DNA from: an uncultured Armatimonadetes bacterium
Lineage (GTDB): Bacteria; Armatimonadota; Hebobacteria; Hebobacterales; Hebobacteraceae
Length of the DNA: 64,000 bases
NCBI GenBank assembly: GCA_963716175.1
Contig: OY970296.1
Location: 2,560,001-2,624,000, forward strand
Direction: 5' to 3'
Part shown: positions 49,734-59,615 of the stretch, piece by piece
Numbering within the stretch: the first letter of the stretch is position 1
Layout of the letters: each line of letters opens with the position of its first letter
The notes under the pieces: model-generated
Told to the model about the DNA's origin: nothing
Database searches by the model: none
What the model saw: the letters and a program-made list of their open reading frames with translations, nothing else
Program-made: the position numbers and the translations under genes

Positions 49734-50912
49734 TCAGGTCTCGGCTGTCCGCAGCGCTTCCATGAGATCGGCGGCGGGCCGGCCCGCGCGGATCTCGTGA
49801 CTCATCGCCTTCAGCACCTGGGCGCTGTGGGAGAAGAACTGGCGATAGGCCGCGCAGAGATAGGAGACAGGCTTGCCGTCTTCCCCCAGATGGAGACGGT
49901 GCTTGGGGCAGTCGCCGCCGCACCAGGGGAGTACCGCGCACCGCCGGCACCGTTCTGAGAGGTCGGCCTTGGCCAGGCCGAACTCGCGCTGCGCGGGACC
50001 CTCTACCAGGGAGGCGAGGCTATCCACTGTCACTCGCCCGCGAAGGTGCGCCGGGTAGACGAAGTGGTCGCAGGCATAGAGATCGCCGGTGTGTTCGACC
50101 GCCAGGGCGTACCCGCAGGTCGGGGCGAAGACGCACTGCGACGGCGGCTCGCCCAGCCACACCGCCAGCGCTGACTCGAGAGCCTGCACGAACACCTGCC
50201 CCACATCGCGACTCGCCCAGTAGTCGAAGACCTCGCACAGGAAGCGGCCGAAGGCCTCCGGGCGCACCGACCAAGGGGTCACTTTCCGGCTGCGCTGCGA
50301 CTGCCGCTCCACGACCGGGACGAACTGCAGATGCGCCAGCCCCAGCCCGGTCAGGTGGCGGTAGACTGTCAGCGGGTGCTCAGCATTCGCGCGGTTGACC
50401 GCCACCAGGGCGTTGCACTTCACCTGGCGCCCTTGCAGGATTTCCAGCCCGGCCCGCACCCGACGATGGGTGGGATTGCCCCCCTGGTCGCGCCGGTAAC
50501 GGTCATGCAGCTCAGGAGGACCATCTATGCTGATCCCGACCAGGAACTGGTGCTCGGCGAAGAAGGCTGCCCACTCCTCATCTATCAGCGTGCCATTGGT
50601 CTGGACCGCGTTCACCACTCGCTGACCCGGCCGCGCGTATCTCCTCTGCAAGTCGAGCGCGCGCGCAAAGAAGTCCAGCCCGATCAGCAGGGGCTCACCG
50701 CCCTGCCAGCCGAACACCACCTCGGGAGCGGGGTTGGCCCGGAGATAGGCGGCGGTGACACGCTCCAGCGTTTCTCCATCCATGCGGAAGCTGCTCCCCG
50801 GATAATAGGCCGCCTTCTCCCGGTAATAGCAGTACTCGCAGGCAAGGTTGCAGGCCGCGCCCACTGGTTTGATCATGAGGTGGAAAGGCTTGGAGGCGAG
50901 GGAAGCGGTCAC
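49734..50912 (-). CDS. Anaerobic sulfatase maturase (radical SAM/SPASM)
   Basis: KPVGAACNLACEYCYY, WQGGEP, QTNG, SIDGP, YACDHFV, CRRC..CGGDCPKHR. Confidence 0.94.
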   Translation of the reverse strand: MTASLASKPFHLMIKPVGAACNLACEYCYYREKAAYYPGSSFRMDGETLERVTAAYLRANPAPEVVFGWQGGEPLLIGLDFFARALDLQRRYARPGQRVVNAVQTNGTLIDEEWAAFFAEHQFLVGISIDGPPELHDRYRRDQGGNPTHRRVRAGLEILQGRQVKCNALVAVNRANAEHPLTVYRHLTGLGLAHLQFVPVVERQSQRSRKVTPWSVRPEAFGRFLCEVFDYWASRDVGQVFVQALESALAVWLGEPPSQCVFAPTCGYALAVEHTGDLYACDHFVYPAHLRGRVTVDSLASLVEGPAQREFGLAKADLSERCRRCAVLPWCGGDCPKHRLHLGEDGKPVSYLCAAYRQFFSHSAQVLKAMSHEIRAGRPAADLMEALRTAET

Positions 50913-50926
50913 GAGAGGGGCCTCGC

Positions 50927-52393
50927 CTAGCGTCCGGCGAACTCGCGCGGATGCCTCCGCTTCAGTTCCGGGATCGCCCATCCCCGGCCGGTCTGCTCCA
51001 GGTAGTCGCAGTAATCCCGCAGATACCCCCGGGCGTGGTAGGGCCCACCCTCCTTCATCACCGTCCAGAGCGGGTCCACGGCCTCGGGCATGGACTGCAT
51101 CATGGCCGCATGCCAGTCGTTCAAGTAGTGCACCGCCTCGCGGCAGACCTCAGGACAGCTGGCCGCGATGTCGTTCTGCTCATGGGGGTCTTGCGCGAGA
51201 TCGAACAGCATCTCCTCGGGGAAGAGGTGGTAGCCGTCGTGGTAGGTCCGCAAGTAGATCCAGGGGCCGAAGCGCACGCTCCGCTGGCAGACATGCGCAC
51301 ACTGGCTCAGCACCAGGTAGTCGCGACCGCAGGTCTCCGCGCGGGTGATGGTGGGAGCATAGCTTCTGCCATCCCAGCTCGGGGCCGGTTTCTTGCCGAA
51401 GAGATCGGCTAGAGTCGGTCCCAGGTCGAGCTGGTAGTGGAGGCCGCGGTCCACGTACCCGGCCGCGCTCTGGGGCCAGCGTATGATCATCGGGATGCGC
51501 GGTGTGATGCCATCGGCGGTGGCGTGCTCGCCGTAGATTCCCAGCTCGCCCAGGTTCTCGCCGTGGTCCGAGCTGATGATGATCGCCAGTTCGTCCCATA
51601 CCCCCTGCGCCTCCAGGGCCGAGAAGAGGCGGCCGATGTGCTCGTCCATGTAGCGGACCCCACAGTCGTAGCCGTCAATCACCCGGCGCAGATCTCGCAT
51701 GTCTCCCAGTTCCCTCGGCTGGCGCGAGTACCGCGGGTCCCGTTTGTTGTCGAACATGTTCAGCTCGCGCGCCTTCATCGGCCCCACCATCCGCCGGTGC
51801 TTCTCCAGCACTTCCTGCGTGAGCCAGGCTGGCAGGGGCGTCTGCTCGAACGGGTTGCCGAACTCCTCCGGCGCCCGGTAGGGGGTATGGGGATCCCAGT
51901 AGTTCACATGGAGAAACCAGTTGTCGCGCTTCGCGTTCCGCTCGATCCAGCTCAACACCGTGGGCGTGATCTCCTCCGCTGATTCCATCCCCCCGCGGCC
52001 AGTGTTGTGCATCTCCTTGAAGCCGGCGTAGAACCACCAGGCGCCATGGCGCTCGGCAAAAGGGCTGATGGTGACGGTCTCGAGGCCTGCCGAGCGCAGG
52101 AAGGCCGGGAGACTCTCTCGGCGCAGCCGGTCGGAGAAGCCGCGGCTCTCGCCCTCCAGTCGCATGTCCGCGGCCGTGCCGCCGTGCCCCACCACCCCGG
52201 TGTGAATCCCGAAACGCCCGGTGATCAAGGCCGCGCGGGAGGGCAGGCAGGGGGCATCCGAGCAGTAGTAGTTGTCGAAGCGCACCCCCTGGGCCGCGAT
52301 GCGGTCAATGTTGGGGGAGGTGTCCCGGTGGTAGCCGTAGCACCCGAGATGGTCGGGACGAAGGGTATCGAGATCAAGGAAGAGGATACGCAT
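50927..52393 (-). CDS. Cys-type sulfatase
   Basis: DTLRPDHLGCYGY, CLPSRAALITG, DPHTPY, SDHGE, DPHEQ. Confidence 0.93.
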   Translation of the reverse strand: MRILFLDLDTLRPDHLGCYGYHRDTSPNIDRIAAQGVRFDNYYCSDAPCLPSRAALITGRFGIHTGVVGHGGTAADMRLEGESRGFSDRLRRESLPAFLRSAGLETVTISPFAERHGAWWFYAGFKEMHNTGRGGMESAEEITPTVLSWIERNAKRDNWFLHVNYWDPHTPYRAPEEFGNPFEQTPLPAWLTQEVLEKHRRMVGPMKARELNMFDNKRDPRYSRQPRELGDMRDLRRVIDGYDCGVRYMDEHIGRLFSALEAQGVWDELAIIISSDHGENLGELGIYGEHATADGITPRIPMIIRWPQSAAGYVDRGLHYQLDLGPTLADLFGKKPAPSWDGRSYAPTITRAETCGRDYLVLSQCAHVCQRSVRFGPWIYLRTYHDGYHLFPEEMLFDLAQDPHEQNDIAASCPEVCREAVHYLNDWHAAMMQSMPEAVDPLWTVMKEGGPYHARGYLRDYCDYLEQTGRGWAIPELKRRHPREFAGR

Positions 52394-52420
52394 GGCTGGC
52401 CTCACATCGCATGGCAGGTC

Positions 52421-53932
52421 TCAAGCACCCCACACGCGGGGCATCCACAGCGGTTCCTTGCCCATTTCAGCGAACAGCAGCTTCATCACCAGATCGGCCT
52501 TCAGTGCCTGGTGGGCCGGGCTGTCCCAGAGGTTGCGGATCTCCCCCGGGTCCTCCTGCAGGTCGAAGAGCTCGCCATAGGGCCGCCGGTAGTAGATGGT
52601 GAGCTTGTACCGCTCATCCACATAGGTCTTCAGGTGGATGGTGGTCGGCTCATGGCGGTTCTCCACCACCACGTGGTCCCGCGCCGACTCGCTTTCGCCG
52701 CGCCAGACCGCGCTCTGATCCACGCCGCTCATGGCGCGGGGGATAGGGAGCCCGGCGAGGCGGAGAAAGGTAGGCGCCAGATCCACCAGTGACTGGAGCG
52801 CATCGCGTCTGACTCCCGGGGGCACGCGCCCCGGATGGCGCACTATGAGCGGCACCCTGAGCAAGTCTTCGTAGTGGAAGGGCCCTTTGGCGATCAGGCC
52901 ATGCTGCCCGAAGAGGTGCCCGTGGTCACTGGCAAAAACCACCACGGTGCTCTCTGCCAGCTTGAGCGCGTCGAGCTGATCCAGGATGGCGCCGATGTAC
53001 TTGTCCATCAAGCTGATCATCCCGTAGTAGACCCCGACGTCCTTCGCCAGCTCGGCCCGGTCTTGCCGGTGCGAGTGCAGGCCGTGCATCCACTGGTGGC
53101 TCTCCTCCCAGGCAGAGAAATCCGGGTCGGCCTGCTGGGTGAGCTGGTGATGCAGAGGGTTGTGATCGTGCTCGCCCGGGGTGAGGGCGGGAATGGTCAG
53201 CCGGCTCGGGTCGTACATCGTGTCCCAGGGCTCCGGCGCCAGGTACGGTGGGTGCGGGTCGAGGAAGCTCACCCACAAGAAGAACCGCTCCCGCCGCTCC
53301 TGATACTCGCGGAGCAGGGCGGCGGTGCGCTCCGCGATCCAGGTATCGTAGTGATACTGCTCCGGGATCAGCCACTTCCAGCGCTGGGAAGCGTTATTCC
53401 CCGTCGGAGGCTGGAAGTAGTCGCGCCAGTTGGCACATCCTCTCTCTTCCATCCACAGCGCGTAATGCTGGCCCACCAGGTGCTCATCGGTGTGATTCCG
53501 CGCCAGTTCGACGTGCTCGAAGCCATAGAAAGGCCCGTGGAACCTCCGCCAGAAGGCCAGGTTCTGCATCACGGGAACAGCCTCCAGGGAGGCGAACTCC
53601 TCCGTGGATCGCAGGGGCTGGAAGTGCGCCTTGCCCACCAACGCGGTGCGGTAACCTGCTTGCTGCAGGTCTTCGCCCACGGTGTGCGCGCCCTCGGGAA
53701 GCTTGGTGCCCAGCGACCAGGCCCCGTGCTGGCTGGGATACCGGCCGGTGATGATCGAGGCCCGCGTGGGCGTGCAGGTCGGATTGGGGCAGTAGGCGCG
53801 CGTGAAAAGAGTGCCTTCTTCCGCCAGCCGGTCGAGGTGCGGAGTGGCGATCTCCGGGTTCAGGCAACCGAGGGTGCTCCAGTGCTGCTGGTCAGAGGTG
53901 ATGAACAGGAAATTGGGCTTTCCCTCTGCCAT
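52421..53932 (-). CDS. Cys-type sulfatase
   Basis: PNFLFITSDQ, CTPTRASIITG, GKAH, DPHPPY, SDHG, ELFDL..DPGE. Confidence 0.94.
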   Translation of the reverse strand: MAEGKPNFLFITSDQQHWSTLGCLNPEIATPHLDRLAEEGTLFTRAYCPNPTCTPTRASIITGRYPSQHGAWSLGTKLPEGAHTVGEDLQQAGYRTALVGKAHFQPLRSTEEFASLEAVPVMQNLAFWRRFHGPFYGFEHVELARNHTDEHLVGQHYALWMEERGCANWRDYFQPPTGNNASQRWKWLIPEQYHYDTWIAERTAALLREYQERRERFFLWVSFLDPHPPYLAPEPWDTMYDPSRLTIPALTPGEHDHNPLHHQLTQQADPDFSAWEESHQWMHGLHSHRQDRAELAKDVGVYYGMISLMDKYIGAILDQLDALKLAESTVVVFASDHGHLFGQHGLIAKGPFHYEDLLRVPLIVRHPGRVPPGVRRDALQSLVDLAPTFLRLAGLPIPRAMSGVDQSAVWRGESESARDHVVVENRHEPTTIHLKTYVDERYKLTIYYRRPYGELFDLQEDPGEIRNLWDSPAHQALKADLVMKLLFAEMGKEPLWMPRVWGA

Positions 53933-53941
53933 GTCCTGGCC

Positions 53942-54925
53942 TCATTCCACTAGGGCGCGGCGCGCGTGCTCTGCCCAATCGGGATCCTCGAGCATGGCGC
54001 TCCCGACGGCGGCGAAATCGCAGTGACCCTCCGCGATCGCCCGCTCGGCATCGGCCGGATCACCGAGACGCCCGGCGACGATGATCGGCAGGTATGTGAG
54101 GGCCTTCGCGCGCTGCCCCAGCGACCTGTCATCCCCGAAATAGCCCCGGAAAGCGCCGTCGCCATCGGTCGAGAGGTGGAGCACGTCAACCCCCGCGCCC
54201 TCCAAGCCTTTGACAAGCTGCTCGAAGTCGGGCCGCGCGAACCCCTCGCGGATCTTGTTGAAGATGCTGATGCGGCAGATCAGCACCGCGCCCTCTCCCA
54301 GCCGCGACTTGACCCGCTGGCAGGTTTCCACCAGCATGCGCATCCGGCCTTCGATCGGTCCGCCGTAAGCGTCGTCCCGGAGGTTGCGCTGCAATGACAG
54401 GAAGGAGTCGAGCAGGAAGCCATGCGCCCCGTGAACCTCCACCGCGTCGAATCCCGCGGCCACCGCGCGGGCGGCCGCCTCCCCGAAGTGCCCCTGGATG
54501 GCCTGCATCTCCGCGACCGAGAGCGGCCGCGGCTCCGGCGCATCGTCAGAGGGCCGCACCGCTGATGGGCCCACGGTCGGAGAGCCAGACGCCTCGGGAG
54601 AGGCTTGCGGGCCGCCGTGTACCAGTTGGATAGCGGCCACTGCTCCGGCCTGGTGGAGGCACCCGGCGAGGGCCGATAGGCCGGCCTCGTGTCGCGGGCT
54701 TGCGGCCCCCAGGCCTCGCTCCCAGCATCTGCCTCCCTCATGCACATAGGTGGCCTCGACGATGACCATGCCAGTGCCCCCGCGTGCCCGGCGCTCGTAG
54801 TGCGCGATGATCTCGTCGGTAGCGCAGCCGCTGGTGTCGGCCCGCCCTGTCACCATGGGTGGCATCACCACGCGGTTGCGGAAAGTGAGGCCTTTGACCT
54901 GCATGGGAGAGAACAGAAGGCTCAT
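53942..54925 (-). CDS. NADH:flavin oxidoreductase (Old Yellow Enzyme family)
   Basis: NRVVMPPM, IQLVHGG, AGFDAVEVHGAHGFLLDSFLS..N.R.DAYGG. Confidence 0.93.
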   Translation of the reverse strand: MSLLFSPMQVKGLTFRNRVVMPPMVTGRADTSGCATDEIIAHYERRARGGTGMVIVEATYVHEGGRCWERGLGAASPRHEAGLSALAGCLHQAGAVAAIQLVHGGPQASPEASGSPTVGPSAVRPSDDAPEPRPLSVAEMQAIQGHFGEAAARAVAAGFDAVEVHGAHGFLLDSFLSLQRNLRDDAYGGPIEGRMRMLVETCQRVKSRLGEGAVLICRISIFNKIREGFARPDFEQLVKGLEGAGVDVLHLSTDGDGAFRGYFGDDRSLGQRAKALTYLPIIVAGRLGDPADAERAIAEGHCDFAAVGSAMLEDPDWAEHARRALVE

Positions 54926-55022
54926 CCGGCGTTCCTCCAGTGCTCCTGCGAGGAAGTGGCAGGAGCCAAGCTCCTGCCCAACATGAGTCTTGGTTCACTT
55001 TGCCCGCGATTCCTTCTCTGGT

Positions 55023-55046
55023 CCTTCGGCTCCGCTCGGGGCAGGC
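55023..55046. repeat. Second-family short REP-like unit
   Basis: CCTTCGGCTCCGCTCGGGGCAGGC; reverse complement matches 47279-47302. Confidence 0.6.
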
Positions 55047-55117
55047 CTTACGGGAGAGGTATCACTTTGATCTCTGCCGAAGCTTCGCGGGCAACCCGTC
55101 CCACAGAGGAGGTCTCG

Positions 55118-55903
55118 ATGCGCATCGGCGCCACCCAGATCTGCTTCTCCGATAAGTCTGTCAGCGACAGCCTCGCCTACGCCAAGGCCACCGGATACGA
55201 GAGCCTGGAGCTGACCGTCCACGCGAAAGGCGAACTCGACCCTGGAACCGACGACGCCTCCTTGCGCGGGATAGCGGGCGAGGCCGAGCGGGTGGGGATC
55301 GCCATCTGCTCGCTGGCCGCGGGGATGTGTTCGGGGTTCGCCTCGCCCGACCCGGCGGTGCGCGCCGGCGCCCTGGATGGCCTGCGCAAGTGCATCCACA
55401 TTGCCACCATGTTGGGGGCGGACACGATCCTGGTGCATCCCGGCCAGCTCACACCTCAGGTGCGCTATGACATCATGTACCAGAACGTGCAGGAGGCCAT
55501 GCGCAAAGTGGCGCCGGAGGCGGAGCGAGCACGCGTGTTCATCGGTGTCGAGAACGTCTGGAACAAGTTCCTGCTGTCGCCGCTGGAGGCGAAGCAGTTT
55601 GTGGATGAGATCGCGTCCGAGTATGTTGGGATCTACTTCGATATCGGCAACTTCGTGCCCTGGGCCTACCCCGAGCAGTGGATCGAAATCCTGGGCCGCC
55701 GGGTCAAGAAGGTGCACTTCAAGGACTTCCGTCGCAAGGGTCACCAGTTCGTCCCACTCCTGGAGGGCGATGTGGACTGGCCGGCGGTGATGAAGGCACT
55801 GCGGAGCATCGGGTATGACTCCGATGTCATCCAGGAGGTGGCCGGGGACGAGGCCGGCATGAGGGCGACCGCGGAGGCGATGCGCAAGATCGTGCGGATG
55901 TAG
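55118..55903 (+). CDS. Sugar phosphate isomerase/epimerase (hexulose/xylulose-5-P epimerase-like)
   Basis: ENVWNKFLLSPLE, YFDIGN, VHFKDF, GDVDW. Confidence 0.9.
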   Translation: MRIGATQICFSDKSVSDSLAYAKATGYESLELTVHAKGELDPGTDDASLRGIAGEAERVGIAICSLAAGMCSGFASPDPAVRAGALDGLRKCIHIATMLGADTILVHPGQLTPQVRYDIMYQNVQEAMRKVAPEAERARVFIGVENVWNKFLLSPLEAKQFVDEIASEYVGIYFDIGNFVPWAYPEQWIEILGRRVKKVHFKDFRRKGHQFVPLLEGDVDWPAVMKALRSIGYDSDVIQEVAGDEAGMRATAEAMRKIVRM

Positions 55904-55975
55904 AGGGCATGGGCCAGGCTGGGAGCCCGCCACAAGGCCGGCGGGCGGGCCTGGGCTACCGAAGGGAGGGAGGGC

Positions 55976-56995
55976 ATGCGGTTCATCCTGGTTGGCGTGG
56001 GCGGCTTCGGCACTTCCTGGCGGCAGGGCCTCACGACCACGCCTGGGGTCGAGGTGTTGGCGCTGGTGGACATCAGGCGCGACCGTCTGGAGGAAGCCGC
56101 GTCTTTCTTTGGCGTTCCCCCGGACCGGTGTTTCCCCAGCGACGAGCTGCCCTGGGAGCAGGTGGAGGCCGATGGCATAGTGCACAGCACGCCTCAGAAC
56201 TTCCGCGCCGCCCACGCCCTGCGCGCGCTGCGCGCGGGCAAGCACGTGCTTGCAGTCAAACCGATGAGCGACCAGTGGGAGACGGGAGTGGCGATGGCGG
56301 AGGAGGCAGCTCGCCGCGGCCGCAAGCTGGTGATCGCCCAGCAGATGCGTTGGCACCCGCTGATCCTGAAGCTGCGCGAGCTGGTGCAGGGCGGGGCCCT
56401 GGGCGAGATCGGCTACGTGCACGTGGACTTCTTCTACGGGTTCGAGGGCTACGCTGGCAGCTATCTCCAGCCCTATCCGCTGCTGGTGCAGGGCGCCATC
56501 CACCACTTCGATTTCTTGCGCTGGATCCTGGGCGCGGATGCCAAGCGGGTGTGGGCGGAGAACTTCAACCCCCCTTGGATCGCAGGGCCGGACGTTCGCA
56601 GCGCCTATGTCGCATTCGAGATGGCCAACGGGGTGCGCGCCTGCTACCGGTCTGTGCCCAGTCGCAGCGACCACAACAGCTGGCTCTGCGGGTGGCGCAT
56701 AGAGGGCACGAAAGGGCTGGCCGAAGCCAAGCAGGACCGCGTCTACCTCGATGGCGAGGAGATCCTCTCGGCCTGGGAGGACGGCGAGACCTTCAACAAC
56801 CGGCGGCTCCCCGAGCTGCAACAGGTGGTGCTCCAGCAGTTCATTGCCTACGCCAACGGGGGTGAAGAGCCAGGCATCTCCGGGCGCAATAACCTGAACA
56901 GCCTGGAGATGTGCTTCGGCGCTATCCGCGCCTCGGAGACGGGCCGGCGGCAAGAGCTGGGGAGAGACCGCGGCCAGGCCGGAGGCCCGCCATAG
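55976..56995 (+). CDS. Gfo/Idh/MocA oxidoreductase
   Basis: VGVGGFG, AGKHVLAVKP, GALGEI, IHHFD. Confidence 0.9.
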   Translation: MRFILVGVGGFGTSWRQGLTTTPGVEVLALVDIRRDRLEEAASFFGVPPDRCFPSDELPWEQVEADGIVHSTPQNFRAAHALRALRAGKHVLAVKPMSDQWETGVAMAEEAARRGRKLVIAQQMRWHPLILKLRELVQGGALGEIGYVHVDFFYGFEGYAGSYLQPYPLLVQGAIHHFDFLRWILGADAKRVWAENFNPPWIAGPDVRSAYVAFEMANGVRACYRSVPSRSDHNSWLCGWRIEGTKGLAEAKQDRVYLDGEEILSAWEDGETFNNRRLPELQQVVLQQFIAYANGGEEPGISGRNNLNSLEMCFGAIRASETGRRQELGRDRGQAGGPP

Positions 56996-57018
56996 GGCCG
57001 GCGGGCCTGGGCTGCTGA

Positions 57019-57933
57019 CTAGGGTCGGGACCGCCCCAGTTGCACCCGCTTACGGTACTCCGTCGGCGTCCAGCCGTACCGCTTCCGGAAACGACGATGG
57101 AGGTGGCTCCCATCCACAAAGTGGGCCTCTGCGGCTATGCTCTCCACTGATCTCTCGGTAGTGAGCAGGAGGTGGGCGGCAAAGGTGAGGCGAGCGCGCT
57201 CGCGGAACCTCCCGAAGCTGATCCCCATGGTATGCCTGAAGATGGCGTCGAAGTGCGAGCGGCTGAGGGCGCAAGCTGCCGCAGCATCAGAAACGCCTAA
57301 CCGGTGCGCGGGGTCAGAGTGGACGAGGGTGAGCGCGGGCATGATCCGGGCGACATTGCTGACACGCAGTCGGGCCTGTCGGCCGGAGGCCGCGGGCTGC
57401 TCCCATCCCCGCCGCAGCATTACGAGCAAGAGCAGCGTGTAAAGCCGCAGCGCGGTCTCCCAGGCCGGTCCTCTCTCGTGCACTTCCCGCCAGAGATGCC
57501 GGCCAATCGCCAACGCCTCCTGCCGCATCTGGGGGGTGCTGGCTCGGGGCCGCTGGGCCGGAGGAACGGCGAATAGGCTCAACCAGGGGACTCCGTCCAG
57601 CATCTCCTCCCCAAGGAAGTCCGGGAGGAATACCAGCACCGCGTTCTCTGTCCTCGGCTCGGTGATCCGCCAGCCGTGGGGCTCCCACATGGCGCACAGC
57701 CAGACGTCGCCCGGCCTCGTGGACAGCACCATCTCGTCGAAGCTAATCTCCTGACCCCCGGCCAGGATGACGCCGATCTCTAGCCCTGCGTGCACGTGTA
57801 AGTCCCGGCCCGTGGGCACAGGATGCGCCATCGCGCTCACCCAGAACGGACTGGCCTCGGTGAGTTGATGGTCATAGAGGGCGGGCCCGGGCCCGGCCGA
57901 TATGCGAGGCACTTCACTCATTAGGGCAATCAT
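57019..57933 (-). CDS. AraC-family transcriptional regulator with cupin sensor; start uncertain
   Basis: LHVHAGLEIG..EPH; LSRSHF..F, AAHLL..IA..F.DGSHL.R.F..YG.TP.EYR. Confidence 0.92.
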   Translation of the reverse strand: MIALMSEVPRISAGPGPALYDHQLTEASPFWVSAMAHPVPTGRDLHVHAGLEIGVILAGGQEISFDEMVLSTRPGDVWLCAMWEPHGWRITEPRTENAVLVFLPDFLGEEMLDGVPWLSLFAVPPAQRPRASTPQMRQEALAIGRHLWREVHERGPAWETALRLYTLLLLVMLRRGWEQPAASGRQARLRVSNVARIMPALTLVHSDPAHRLGVSDAAAACALSRSHFDAIFRHTMGISFGRFRERARLTFAAHLLLTTERSVESIAAEAHFVDGSHLHRRFRKRYGWTPTEYRKRVQLGRSRP

Positions 57934-58158
57934 ACTGGACTCGGCGCCTCCTGTCGAGGGTGTGAGCAGGTGCTGCGCCGACCAGGCGAAGTGTGCGCCA
58001 ATGGGCTGCAGGAATGCATCCTGGCCCGTCACAGCAGGAGAGCATTAGCTTTCCAAGTCCCGGATCGGAGCTTGCGGCCGCGTGTTCCCGCCCAGCAGAA
58101 TCGTGAAATCCTACAGGAATGCTCGCCAACCGTACAATGACGTGAAGAGGCCTGAGTG

Positions 58159-58281
58159 CTAGTCTAGACTAGGTGGGAAGTCGTTCCCCGTCGTGATGGC
58201 CCACTTGCAGGCGCCAGCGGCCAACGCGAGAGGAGGTGGGACAGGTCCAAGCGCGACGTTAGCGGGGAGTGGCCTAGACCA
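58159..58281. promoter_or_regulatory. Two GntR/HutC (NagR/DasR-type) operator-like palindromes downstream of a TACAAT -10 box (58133-58138)
   Basis: CTAGTCTAGACTAG (58159-58172, perfect palindrome) and TGGCCTAGACCA (58270-58281), 1 mismatch from TGGTCTAGACCA. Confidence 0.55.
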
Positions 58282-58306
58282 GACCCTATACAGGAGGTGT
58301 GACAAG

Positions 58307-59341
58307 ATGCGGTCTCGCCGAAAGGATGGTTTCACGCTGATCGAGCTGCTGGTGGTGATCGCGATCATCGCGATCCTGGCCGCGATGCTGTTCCCGGTAT
58401 TTGCCCGGGCGAGGGAGTCAGCCCGCAAGATTCAGTGCCTTTCCAATGTCAAGAACATCTCCCTCGCCTTCCAGATGTACCTCTCGGACTACGACAGGTT
58501 CCCACCCTCGGAGCACCGGCAGGAGGTGGTTGACTGGTTCTACACCGACCCCGTCGGGGACTGCGCTCCCGTGGACGAGCACGCCGCGCACTGGGGGGCG
58601 GACCGGTCCAATCCCTATCTGCGCTGGCCGGTCATATTGGACGAGTACGTGAAGAACCGCGACGTGTGGCGCTGCCCCAGCGCCAAGTTCGTGAGTGGCG
58701 CTGCCTGGATTATCCCCGGAACCGACTGGGTCAAGACGCTGCAGGTTCACCAGGGCGAATGGGGCAGCACTGACGTCGGCGGGCCCTGCGACCTGGGCTG
58801 GCCTCCAGGTTGGGGGGGCACGGTCACCGACTCCTTCACCCAGGGAAAGGCCAGAAGCGGAAGTGAGCAGACCAGCGCCCTCGGCGCCTTCGAGCAGACG
58901 ATCGGCACCAACGAGCTCGACCGGATGGACTACAAGGTGTCGGCGATTGAGGACCCGGCCGCGTTCGTGATCTGCGGAGACGCAGGCGCCGGCCCCAACC
59001 CCGGCGAGATGGACTCCTGGGGCACGCTGGCGTTCCCCGAGACCTGCCACATCGGGGGCTGCTGCGGCGCGGACTGGAACAACTGCTCATTCACGCAGTC
59101 CTGCGGACTGGACACCAGTCTTCTGAAGTCTTTCTGGACCGACCCCGATCTGAGGAAGCAGTACACCCGTCACCTGGGTGGCAGCAACATGGGCTTCGCG
59201 GATGGCCACGCCTCGTGGATGGCCGCGGACGCTATCATTGCTAGCTCGCCGGGTGGCGTGAACGGAGTAGGCGACGCGAACAAGGGCTTTCTGCGCGGCC
59301 TGCGTGACTGCTTCTGCCAGTATTGCGACGGCATGTTCTAG
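58307..59341 (+). CDS. Prepilin-type N-terminal cleavage/methylation protein with DUF1559 and H-X9-DG motif
   Basis: [47 protein letters not shown]. Confidence 0.92.
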   Translation: MRSRRKDGFTLIELLVVIAIIAILAAMLFPVFARARESARKIQCLSNVKNISLAFQMYLSDYDRFPPSEHRQEVVDWFYTDPVGDCAPVDEHAAHWGADRSNPYLRWPVILDEYVKNRDVWRCPSAKFVSGAAWIIPGTDWVKTLQVHQGEWGSTDVGGPCDLGWPPGWGGTVTDSFTQGKARSGSEQTSALGAFEQTIGTNELDRMDYKVSAIEDPAAFVICGDAGAGPNPGEMDSWGTLAFPETCHIGGCCGADWNNCSFTQSCGLDTSLLKSFWTDPDLRKQYTRHLGGSNMGFADGHASWMAADAIIASSPGGVNGVGDANKGFLRGLRDCFCQYCDGMF

Positions 59342-59342
59342 A

Positions 59343-59558
59343 GAGCTTCGCCGAATGAAGTAACACGGCGAAGCTCAAGAGGCGGCCCAGACGGGCACGG
59401 GGCGATGCTCGCACATTACTTCGTTGTGCGAACATCATTAGAGAGCGAGAGGCAGACCAGGGCGTCTGCGCGGCCTGCTGTGCTTCTGCCAGAATTGCGC
59501 CTGGGCCGTGCGCCGACAGGGCAAGCTGAAGAACGGGGAGCGCCCACGGGCGCTCCCC
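59343..59558. ncRNA. Candidate structured RNA/element with complementary hairpin loops
   Basis: Two 11-12 bp stems whose loops contain GAAGTAA and TTACTTC, an enclosing helix and a GC-rich terminal hairpin. Confidence 0.4.
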
Positions 59559-59615
59559 CTCCTGTTCCCCGTCCCGGCGCTGCCCGATTGCTGCCGCCGA
59601 TAGGAGGCGATCCCG

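Noticed and set aside
58185-58230. Minus-strand resemblance to the ZTP (pfl) riboswitch 5' half
   Set aside because: Lacks GACTGGCG and the downstream CGCCTGGG pseudoknot hairpin
59508-59530. GTGCG.. resembling a group II intron 5' end
   Set aside because: No domain V/VI and no reverse transcriptase in the window
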